Assembly: GCA_028023455.1 (NCBI GenBank)
Contig: JAQFVV010000003.1
Location: forward strand, 4,836,001 to 4,900,000
Direction: 5' to 3'
DNA length: 64,000 nucleotides
From: Epiperipatus broadwayi
Taxonomy: Eukaryota; Animalia; Onychophora
Shown here: positions 12,942 to 24,479 of the stretch, piece by piece
Layout: each line of letters opens with the position of its first letter
How positions within the stretch are numbered: position 1 is the first letter of the stretch
Program-made: the position numbers and the translations under genes
The notes under the pieces: generated by a model
The model's database searches: none
Told to the model about the DNA's origin: nothing
Seen by the model: the letters and a program-made list of their open reading frames with translations, nothing else

Positions 12942-14974
12942 CAGGGGTGGCCAACTTTTGTGGTCATAAGATCTACTTTTTATTTTAAAAATGTGTTGCA
13001 GACTTGTTGCCTTAGGCGATCGACTTGTTGTCATAGGCATAGTCTAAGTGGAGGGAGGTGTGAAATACATACTATTTTATATATATATGCCTAATAAAAA
13101 ATAATTATTTAACAGGCCAAAAATTCATGTCCGGGGGAATTAAAGCAACATGAGTAATTATTAACAATATTTATTAATACAAATTAGCAGCATTAAATCA
13201 AGATTAAAATTATTATTTTCAATAATGATATGGCTTAATGGACTTCACCTATCTAGAATTGAAAAAAAATTAGAACAAAAACAAAAAAACTTGAAAATCT
13301 TGATTTAATTTGTTTCACTCGTTACTTGATAGCTCTTCCCAGATTGGCCTCGTGATTGAGACCAAAAATGGCTTAGTGATCGACAGGTGAATCATGATCA
13401 ACTTATTGGACATTATTATACTTACCAGTTAGGGGATATAGAATCAGTTAAAGTTAAAAATGGGGTGGGATTAAGGCAAGGATGTCCTATGTTATCTATT
13501 TTGTTTTTGTTGTTTTTGAGTGAAATGGAGAAAGCAATAGAAAGACTAGGAAGAGGGGTAGAGATACCATTAATAGGTGGCAAGGGAGTATATATTTTGT
13601 CAGTCTTTTTTTTGCAGATGATATCTGTTTGTGTGCAGAAAGAAGAGAAGATATGGAAATTATGTTGAGGACATGTGCAAGGGTGGGTAAAGAGATGGGG
13701 ATTAAATTTAGTGAAGAAAAATCAAATATAATGATGGTTAATACTGGGGAAAGAGAAGATGTAGAATTTTTATTGGGGGATATAAAGTTAAGTGTGGTGG
13801 ATAGATATAGGTATTTGGGAATCATCTTATGTAATCAGGAAAATTGCTTGGATGAATGGGAGAAAAAATTGGTAAATGAAGCAAAGAAAAGAAAGGGTTT
13901 GGTAAAGACACTAACAGTATTTTCATATAATAAATATGATGTAGCTAGAATAGTATGGAAAGGAGTTGCAGTAGCAGGGTTAACATATGGTAATGATGCA
14001 TTATGTGTTAGTAAAATGGTTTTAGATTATTTAGAGAAAGTACAAAGGGAAGTAGGAAGACATGCATTAGATGCAGAGATGTGGACAGCAAAGGAGGCAA
14101 TTCAAGGAGGAATGGGATGGTCAAGTTTTTATATGAGAGATGCAACAAGTAAAATGAAAATATTTGGTAGGTTGCAGTTTATGGATAGTAAAAGAATAGC
14201 AAAAATAGTGTTCAATTGGGTTATGAGTAAAGGGCAGGTAACAAGATAGGTGAGAAAGGTAATGCGTATGCGAAAGATTTGGATAAAGAATTTATATCAG
14301 CATACTTGTCTAAAAGGTGGAATGATTGTGTTAGGAGGATTGTTGAGTGTTATAGTGGTAAGGAATGGGATAAAAGAATAGAAGTATTAATAGAAAATAG
14401 GGAGTTGGAGAAATGGAGAACTAGTATGGAGGGTAAGAAGAGTTTAAATATATATGGAAGTAAACGGAATATTGGATGCGAGTTAATTTATGATAATAGT
14501 AAGAAAAGTAGTTTATTATTTAAGGCTTGAACAGGATCTTTAGCAACAAGAGAATATACATGTAAATGGAAAACCATGGATAATTTAGTGTGCAAATTGT
14601 GTAAGGAAGGTATAGAAAATATTAGGCACCTGTTGATTGAATGTAAATGCTTGAAAGCAGAAAGGGTACAGATAATGAAGTTATGGAAGAATAGACATGA
14701 ACAAAGTGACTATACAGAAAGTGAGTTATTAGTTTTTATGTTGGGTTTGTGAAGAGATAAGGGGGATTTAGATATAAAGACCATAGAGTTGACAAAGGTT
14801 ATGTTGTGGAAATGGGATGGGGCAGAATATGGGAAGACTTAAAAGTGGGGAATGGAGAATAAAATGGCTAACAGGTTTATCTGGGCATAATTGCTGAGAT
14901 ATTGGGCATAATTGCTGAGATATTCTTGACTTTGTTTAAGGAGAAGCCAAATACATCGCATCACATCATCCCTG
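12942..14974. mobile_element. hAT MITE (~480 bp net) whose right TIR is split by a LINE
   Basis: Left TIR CAGGGGTGGCCAAC at 12942. Right end ..ATTGGACAT (13405-13413) + CCCTG (14970-14974). 8-bp TSD TAATATAG (12934-12941) / TGATATAG (14975-14982). Confidence 0.8.
13414..14970 (+). mobile_element. 5'-truncated LINE: RT C-terminal half plus CCHC zinc finger
   Basis: GLRQGCPML..LF (ORF 13387), frameshifted FFADDICLCAE, ORFs 13629-14249 and 14279-14530, CKLCKEGIENIRHLLIEC at ~14592-14645, and a CAT-rich tail. Confidence 0.85.
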
Positions 14975-17448
14975 TGATATAGATTAAAGCCGGCCTTTAA
15001 AGTATTTAAAAGGATTAAGTGATTTTAGTTACTTCTACAATTGAAGTATATATATATGATATCCTCACAATCTCACGTAAAACTTGTTTTCTTTAATAAT
15101 TTATATGTGTTTATAGACTTAAAAATAAATTTTTCTATTTTAAAATTTTCGTTTGAAATATTTTAAGCAACAACTAATATATGAATAAAATATAAAGTTA
15201 ACATGTACTATTTATATATAAAACAAAACTGGAATTATTTCTATAATTTTCAATTTACAAATAAATAAATAAGCAGAAGCTATAATCTGTTTATAACATG
15301 GCTTCTATTCTGGGTAGCAATTTACAATTACAATTTTTTTTTAAAAGTAAGCTCATTATCATATAACTTGTTGATGTTCTGATGTGAAAGATGAAGTTTC
15401 CATAATTTATATATATTTACACAATTACGTTTTTTATTTAAAACAAATTATCCATTATATTGATAAAATATAGCTCTGATTTTATTTTTCGTCAAATCAT
15501 TTTTCACTTGCAAAATAAAAACCACGGTCAGAACAAAAATTCCATTGCAAGTAACAATGTTTTGTAAACACAAATTTAAATCTATTCATAGAATAATAAA
15601 ATTCCCAGACCATTCCGTTATTTATAGTGGAAGTTTTTGTTCTGAGATTGTTTTTATTTTGTATGTGGAAAATGATTCGAGGGAAAATAAAAATCAAAGA
15701 TGTGTATTATATATAAATATGATGGATAATTTATTAAATAAACAATATAATATCAATGATTCGCTATTCTCTTAGTAATGTTAATATCATGTGACATTAA
15801 TGAGTGTTTTTTAAAAAAAAGTTTTTAACATTAAATTGCTGCTCAAGATGATAATCGTGTAATAAACTGACTATAGCTTTTATTTATTTATTAGTATATT
15901 AAAAAGTTACCAAGTTAATTTTACTGTTTTGTTTTATTATTGTATCTGATATATATATTAAATTAATTATACTAATTCACAATTAATCGCTAGCCAAATT
16001 ATATTGCAAGTCCACTACTAATGATAATAGAGTTGATTGTGAATTGGTGTGATTAGTTTATTATATTGAATAGTTTATCTTTTGGCATTAATGTGTTATA
16101 CACATATATTTTTGTTTTGTTGAGTAAAGTAGATAAAAAGTATCTGATTAAGGGTTACTTAAAGAAAATTATATAAAAAATCATATATTTTATAAACAAT
16201 ATATAATTCTCCAATTTTAAATAACTTTTAAGTTATGTTTATATTCACAGGTCATTACTAAAAGGAATTACATCTATAGTGAAGTGTTATTGTAATACAA
16301 TATACCATTTTCAGAAAAGCTATATTATTTTAAATGTTAACAATTCTTAAAGAGTTTTAGATGAGTCTTACGGTTTTTCTCCTATCTATGTTAGCATAAA
16401 ATAAATAGACACTATATTATCTGTTTGTGTGTTAATGTGAAATGAATGAACGGTTTATTGTCTATGTGTGTGATATGCACAACAATAGTAAGAATTCATA
16501 TAAATTGTGACTCTCTCTCCTCCTTTCATGGCAGTAAATCACAGTTCAGAATTCCAATTTTTCTGCTGTTATATTTAGATTATTTGAGGACTAAAATATA
16601 GATCACTATTAAATTCAGCTATCTTTTTTTATCTTTAGAACTAGCTGACCCAACAATTCTTTTTAGAAACACTGGCAAGGAAAAAAAACAAATGGTCATT
16701 TTTTTAGGTATTTAGGATGATGGTCTATGTTGATGGCAGTTTTCAGATTTGCATCTTGAAATTAAAGAACATATTATCATTGTTGACAGGATAGTAATAA
16801 CAAAACTGATTTAAACATTCTTGGATTTTAATTAGATTGCTTTTGGCAAAAACACTATTATGTCTGCTGATTTCCAATAGTGATTTTAATTTTACTGTAA
16901 ATTTCATTTTAAATTTTGAATGGTCTTCTATTTGTAGATCTGTTTATATCATCAATTTTGCCATGTTTTATTGGCTTTCTGATGTTAAAAGAGACTATGT
17001 TTTTTCCATTAAAAGTTTATCTGGATACTTTGCAATTACAGGCATAATCTGCTATTATAATGTTTTCTGTTATATATTTATTTTTGTATTCTTTAATTTC
17101 TATTTGAAGGTTTAAACAGTATTCTTGGCAGTCTTACTAGAAACTGGGTAATTAGAAAAGCTAGGATATGTGAAGTTATGTAAAACTTGAAGCTTGTTCT
17201 AAAATAATAAGATTTATGGTTTCTGTTGTTTGGTGACAGATACAATATTGTAAATATGTTTAATTATAGTGATTAATTTATAAACTTTATATACATGACA
17301 ATTAAGGTTCATTAATTTTTTAATATTGGTAAGACTATATCTACATTATTATTTGTTATAATTTTTAATACACTATTATAAATTAGACATTTATTTTATA
17401 TATAAATAAGACATTTATTTTATATAGTGTGATGTTTTTATAAACTGT

Positions 17449-19424
17449 AATATTAATAAGCCAAAAAGCTAATGCACATGTGCTTTGTAGATTTAACTAT
17501 ATAAATGAATACATCCACTTTCCAAGCATCATTCATTCACATAGTAAAAAAGTAAGGTTGTTTTCTTATCCTTGGTGTTCGCCTTAAGATGTCGCGACTT
17601 TTAGGTAAATTCCTAGAAATATACCATTTCACCGGCCTTCACCCAACCAAAGAGGAATTTTTCTACATTATAAACACAGAAAAGTCCTCACATTATATTG
17701 GACGGAGGAGGCGGCGGCGACAGAAGCCAACACAAAGAGACTTCTTTCTGTGATAAAACACAGAAAGAGTTCCCGACGGCTGCCAGTTATGGCTTTTTTT
17801 CTATGCTAAAAGCAAAGAGAAAGAAATGCCTTGATTGGCTGCCGTAGTAGTCGATTTTGTTCATCATTTTCTCATAATAGTAGAATATCTATTTTCTATG
17901 TAGTTTCGTGTGAGAGTGTGTGTATTTGAAGCAGTCGTAGTTTTTTTAAATTTGATAAGACATCTATTTTTTTAATGTGTTGTAACTTACTTTACTATTG
18001 TAAGTTTAGTAATAATATCCTGAAGATTCCATTACGAAGGGGTAACCCTCAAAAATTGCTTTTAAGGGTGCAAAAGGGGAAAAAAATTAAAGGATCATGC
18101 GAAAAGTACTGTTTTCGTGAGAATTTATCCGTGACCAGTTACTTTTGCTATATATGTATGCACAAACAAAAACAACCCACTGTCTAATTATTAGGAATTA
18201 CTTGTCCAAAAAATAAAATTAGTCAGGTATTATTTTTTTTTTGTTTTGTTACATTTATTATTTCAAAATAAGATTAGTTTTTATATCTACACACTAACAA
18301 AAACAACCCAGTTCCTGATTAATTACTGTCTTTAAAAAAAAAAAAAAAAGCAAATTCAACGGGGTTTGATTTTTTTTAATGGAGTCTTTGAATTACGGTT
18401 TGTTTGTTTTTATATATACACAAGATTTACCAAAAAAAAAAAAGAAACCCACTTTCTGATTAATTACTGTCAAAAGAAACGCAAATTAGTCAGCTATCAT
18501 TTTTAAATTTAGTATTTCAATAACGGTACCCTTTTTATATAGACAGACTTAACAAAAACAACCCACTTTCTGATTCATTACTGCCCCCCCCCCCCCCAAA
18601 AAAAAAGAAAACGGAAATTAGTCGGGTATCATTTTTTAATCGAGTCTTTTAATGACAGTCCTTACTAATAGTAGTGGGGTATCAATTCTAAATTGTATAT
18701 AAATTACGTTACTTTTTGATAGATTTAGAATTACGTCTTGCTTTTTTAATAAAATGATTGATTTACTCTTGACCAAAAATACCGTAACTTTAAAAAAAGA
18801 CACACCTAAAGTCCAAAAAAAAAAAATTTGAAAAAGCCCCGTAACTTTAAAGACACACACACAAACTCAAAAACAAGATAAGATTAATAAACATTTACTT
18901 ATTACGTCTTGATTTTGAATAAAATTATTGATTTACTCTTGCAAAAAAAAAAAAAAAAAAAGACTGTAACTTTAAAAAGACACACGTAAAGTAAAAAAAA
19001 GTCAAAAACAAGATAAGATTAATAAATATTTACAAAAATGAAAAAAACTAACATCATATAATAGTATTAGTTAGTAGAATATTTTATTACAAATCTAAGA
19101 AATCAGATCTTTTTAGATCAAATCGATCATTTAGGTCCGGCCCAGAATCGTTATATGTATATGTTTTTGATTAGCATCAATGCCATCTTAAGGCGAACAC
19201 CAAGGATGAGAATACAACCAAAAGTAATTTAAAGTGATCAATTAACATCTTCACGCTCTCATTTCCAAATACTTAAGATTTGCCCATGCATAAACGTTTG
19301 GGTTGAAAAGATAGATGGATTCATTCTATCTTTTCACAAAGACTTTATGTTGTGTTTGGAAAGTGGAAGTATTCATTTATATAGTTAAATCTACAAAACA
19401 CATGTGCATTAGCTTATTAATATT
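17449..19424. mobile_element. ~2-kb non-autonomous element with long bipartite inverted termini and internal tandem repeats
   Basis: Outer inverted repeats 17449-17527 / 19350-19424; inner 17556-17591 / 19184-19219 (GGTTGT.TTCT.ATCCTTGGTGTTCGCCTTAAGATG). ~130-bp degenerate repeats at 18165-18640 and a ~170-bp duplication at 18730-19035. No transposase-like ORF and no clear TSD. Confidence 0.6.
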
Positions 19425-21297
19425 AGTATAAATTAGTTTTATTCAAGAATGGAAATTTGTATCAAAAAGCTCTATCACTGCAAGCAATCAACTATTACTT
19501 GCTTTTAATTGCAATGTTGTTTCTCAATTTATGCATGAATGTATGATTGCTAGTACAACTTCATAATGAACATTAGTTAGCTATGATGATAAGATAATGA
19601 TTTTCCAGGCGTATTTCTATTTATTTATAATAAGCATAGATGTTGTACCGGTCAGTTTGCCTAATTCATACAACCAGACCTGGAATTCTAGCCTGAATAC
19701 CTTGAATCAGATCATGTACAAGATACGTAAGTCAGGGACACTCTCTAACTCTGCCCTACAGGTTCAAACCTAGGTCTCTTTACTTATGATTAGCAATACT
19801 GATGATACAAGTCATATTTAATCATTTCTGGCTGGCAACTTAGCGGTAAAACAAAAAGACTCTAAGTAGGCAACTGGCCAGATCTATATAATAGTTATCG
19901 ATAATAAATTGTTTATGTCTTCGGGGTATGTGTAAACCTAATGTGCATAGATATATGTGTGTCAGAAAGCATGATCAATAGTATAGGCAATGACTACAGA
20001 GTAAGATTTTAAATATATTTAATAATACGCATATTATGCGTTAATATATATATATATTACATTTAAACATAAATATTAGCCTCGCATTACATTTACATTT
20101 TTCATATTTTATACGTATATTAAAAACAAGTATATTATAATCTTTAAATACATTATTTACATTGACGGTCTTATACGTATATTTAAACAGATACACCTTT
20201 ATTCAATACATTTATGAATAGTGCGGTATATTTAAACAGATATTATTTTATTAAATACATTTATGAATAGTACGGTTTCATTGGGATGCCCCTAATTCTT
20301 TATTATTGGCATTAATGAAGTAAAAGGGGATTACAGTAATTTAATTGAACTATACGCTATTTATTATCAGCCTAATGTTACTAACAAATATATGAGTTTT
20401 TATTTTATTTTTATAAACAATCATTTAACCTGGGAATGGATTATCAACATTTTTATATACGCAATTTGTGATTGCGTTAGGAAATTATACATCGATAAAG
20501 ATTTGAGATTTCAGATGGAACGTAAGGGAAGGGCATACTAAGCATTTTAATTATCCAGAATTGGATACTAGCACATTAATTTATAGACTTAAATATAAGG
20601 TTCAGCTATAACCATTAAATACGAGTATTTCAGCACAAGTGCTCATAACGTCAAACTATGGAATTATCTAGGCTGGGTTTAATAAAGAAATAATAAGGTA
20701 AAGTAATGGCGGTGCTAATGTACAGGCTGTTTTTATATTAACGAAATTTATTTAAGGGATATGATGATGTGCTTATGAGAGTAGCGAATGGAAGTGCGAT
20801 TTTTGTTTTGCATTATATGAGACCGACTTGCCACACTCCAAATTTACGGAGATCGGTCACTGGAACGAAGAAATATTCAGTCTGAATGGGATCGCTCTAA
20901 TGGTGCAAAAATTCCATTATTAATCAGGCCAAAGATCCAGGGTCTATTCCCCTATCACGGAATGGAAGCGATGAATAAATGGCTCGGGACTTTCCCGATG
21001 CCTACTTTGGACGAATAACACACAAGTAGGAATAGACCGACATTAGCAACGCTTGGACAATATATATACCAATTATTTCTAATGCTTAAAGTTAACCCAA
21101 AGCATTAGTTATTTCTTTTCTTGACGGTATGATCAAATTATTTAAGCTAACTTATTTAAAGATAATGAACATTATGATACGTATTTTGAAATATAAGATT
21201 GATTTCTCACTTTAGTAATTTTCTTTTCTTTTAATAAATTTAAAATATAGATCTCAATTTCCCCCCACCCTACGCCATCTAACTTTAACATTCTTTT

Positions 21298-21407
21298 TTT
21301 TTTTTTAAGTGTCATAGCATCGGCCGGGACGTGAACCCGCAACCCGGGCAACTGCCTGCAAATGCAAGGCAGTCGCGCTGACCTCTCGACCACCAATGCA
21401 AGACAAC
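21298..21407 (-). mobile_element. tRNA-derived SINE, full length
   Basis: TSD TAACATTCTTTT at 21286-21297 and 21408-21419; A and B boxes; A-tail. Confidence 0.9.
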
Positions 21408-21536
21408 TAACATTCTTTTGGATTGATCACAAAGTGATAAACAAAATTGTTAATAACATTAATTTATTTATTTACATGGCTCAGAATACTTGGAGGGTCA
21501 TTATACAATATCTAAGTATTAATTTAGGTGATTTTT

Positions 21537-21641
21537 TTTTTTAAAGTTTCATAGCATTGGCCGGGACGTGAACCTGCAACCCGGGCAACTGCCTGCAAGT
21601 GCAAGGCAGTTGCGCTGACCTCTCGACCACCAATGCAAGAC
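21537..21641 (-). mobile_element. tRNA-derived SINE, full length
   Basis: TSD ATTTAGGTGATTTTT at 21522-21536 and 21642-21656; near-identical to the 21298 copy. Confidence 0.9.
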
Positions 21642-21849
21642 ATTTAGGTGATTTTTAAACATAAAATGACATATGAAATATATATATAATCTTTACTTTT
21701 TAATTCCCCAAAATCAGCGATCTTAAATCATTTACTTTTTTTTTGTTATTAATGTGGGAAATGTTTCCCCTCCTCCATCAAATCTCAATAATAAGATACA
21801 GTACTAAGAAAAATAACGTTTTAAAACTTTCCAACTCTGCAAATATACA

Positions 21850-21938
21850 CCGCACCCGCCTTGGAAGCAAGTAGTTGGTTGCAGACGGGTGTGGGTTCGC
21901 GTCTCGGCCGATGCTATGACATGAAAAAAAAAAAAAAA
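21850..21938 (+). mobile_element. related SINE subfamily copy with a divergent 5' half
   Basis: 3' part GGGTTCGCGTCTCGGCCGATGCTATGACA + A-tail matches the SINE consensus. Confidence 0.7.
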
Positions 21939-24479
21939 CTTAATTAATTAAATGACGCTCCTTCTTTTTAAATAACAGGAGACTTAGCTAAATTTAAACA
22001 CATTTGCAGAGTTGGGGAATAAATTAATGGCATATTATTTGAACAAAATAAAAATACATATTATAATTAGATAGAAAATCAATGCCGCACCATTTTAAAA
22101 TAAGAATTTTGCGAAGCTAATAGAGAATTATATGATTAGTTTTAAAAAGAACCATGGAAAGGGGATTAAAGATTACTACATAAGTAAGTTACTTTTATAA
22201 AAATGTGCATTTAATTTACATTAAATTTTAGTTACAATGAATATACATAAGATATAGAAGATAAAGGTGAGGCAGCATTATTACCTTCATAATACTTTCT
22301 TGAGTCCAAGCTGGTGTAACAGTTCATTATTTTGATGTGATCAGAAATTAACGGCAGGTAGCATGTTTTTCCAAATCAAGTTCAGGGCACAACTAAATAG
22401 TTCAACGTTTCATTTAAATTCGAGAAGCATTTCCATAGAGAGTGGTTCAGGAATGGCCAAAGGAAAGGCGCGATGGTTTAGTCCTTAGTCATGCCTATGG
22501 TAATGGATGGCGTGAAATCATTTAAACAAGCTTTTTCTAAAAAAAAAAAAAAAAACTAATGCTCTCAGACTAAGCTATAAACAAAGCAGACTCAGATTTT
22601 GATTAATGAATCCTTATCAATCCAATTTTCGCACTATTTATACGATTCCTTGGAATGTTGCAATGCACTTTGAACTTGTGGCTATATATAATTTTGGTAC
22701 AATAGCTAATTTTCTATAACAAGCCCACCTTTGTCAGATTTAAGATAATGCAATCGGTCTAAAAAATTCCTTTTACATTCTATTTTGCTATTTATAAAGA
22801 TCTCTTAGATAGATTAATTGTATGTCAATGGAAAAGGGACTTTTATTCTTAGCACTTTTGATTTATTTGACTTACACTAATTAACCCCCCCCCCCCATTT
22901 TCTTTGTTTTAAATTTTATAGTAATGTTTCTAGAAATTCCCAACCGATTGCATTATCTTGTTCCGCCATGATGAATAAAAAATATAAAACTTTATATACA
23001 TATTTCCCAACTAATTCATATATACATTGTTAGTACATTAAAAGTATGTATATTGTGATTAAATCGAGCTTGTTGCGTGTCCACGACTCTATTGAAAAGA
23101 AAAAAATTCTGGGTAAATAGCGAGTACGTGTACAAGCAAGGAGAGAGACTTTGAACCCTGTTAGATGATACAATGATTATTGATACTGATACAATGATTA
23201 TTGATACTCGTGAAGCATAATCTGAGTTTCAGATTATCTGCTTCAATCCCTATGTATAAGTGGATGTTCTTTTATGTGCAATTTATTATCTTATTGGCTG
23301 ATTTTTTCTTGTTTGCCAATGAGATTGTTACATTTTCAGTTTTTTAATTTGTGTTTTTTCACTGCATAGTTGGTGGGAGATCATATTGTCAGTTCTATTT
23401 ATTATAATTCCATTATCAAAAATTGTGTTTTCCAGATAACCACATGTTGCAAAAATTTTCAAAAATGCTTAAAAAATAAATTGGTATCAAGAGCTCTTAG
23501 TTAGGCATATTTTATCAAGTTGGAATGCATATTTATAATGCTAAAAAAATATTTCCAGTAGAATCAGGATATCTGTACATATATATATATATATGATGGT
23601 TGTTGATTTACCTCTGAATATGATGAAATTATGAATGAGAAAGTTATTGTGTTTTACAGCCATTATATATGCTAGAAAAATTTTCCAGTTTATTATTTAA
23701 AGATGGTTATCAAATATAATTAATTAAGGCTTTTTATAGCTGCGTCAACATTAATTTTTATAATATCTTCAGAACAAAGCCTTAATTCATTGATAGTTTG
23801 TGACAAATTGTCCATTAAGCTAAGTATAACTCAACTAGTTTGGTAATAGGCTAATCACTTTTATTATTATGTCAAGGATATAGATATCTTTTTTGTACAA
23901 CATGCTCTGTGAATGATGTCACAGTGTTGGTGTGCTCTAGCTTAGTGAAGCCCACATAGTTCAAAAACTCTCTTAATGACTTATAATGGAATTTGTTTTT
24001 AACTGAAATCAATTCAAATTATAATCAATATAATATATGTATAGTGATAAATGCTTATTTATTGTTATTTGAATGTTAAACAATCCTAACAAAAAACTGT
24101 ATTTTGTGAAAATCTTGATGTTCTTGTTATGTACATGTATTAGTGGATTTTTTTAATGGAATATATCATAACTAGAATATATTTGATTATAGTTTCATTC
24201 TGATGAAGCAAGAGTGTAATTTATGAATAAAAGAGTCTTTCACTAATATCTAGATTAGCTATAACATTTACTACACCATATGAAAATGCAACTGTAAATA
24301 ATGTGAACTATTTATGATTAGTCAAAATATATAATGAGAATGAGTTTATCAAATACTTTTTATCTGACAATCTTCTAAATTCATTGATTGATATATTCAA
24401 AATACATTAAATAAGAGTGTGCTATCATATTTGTTATCATAATAAAATATTCATAAAAGTTAGAAAATCACAGAAAGGA

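Larger units (their letters stand above)
11607..15006. mobile_element. array of a ~355-bp non-coding unit (2.4 tandem copies then ~1.4 inverted), interrupted by a MITE and a LINE
   Basis: Unit starts at ~11609, ~11966 and ~12321; orientation flips at ~12478; the unit resumes at 14975-15006 after the MITE. TSD TAAAAGGATTAA at 11595-11606 and 15007-15018. Confidence 0.85.

Noticed and set aside
13047-13062. AGTGGAGGGAGGTGTG inside the hAT MITE, identical to the TRIM PPT/LTR junction (56703-56718)
   Set aside because: Only 16 bp with no further LTR homology; cannot distinguish chance from a captured fragment.
20768-20923. Short Cys-containing frame CAYESSEWKCDFCF..GHWNEE
   Set aside because: About 50 codons, no convincing splice sites and no recognisable family.
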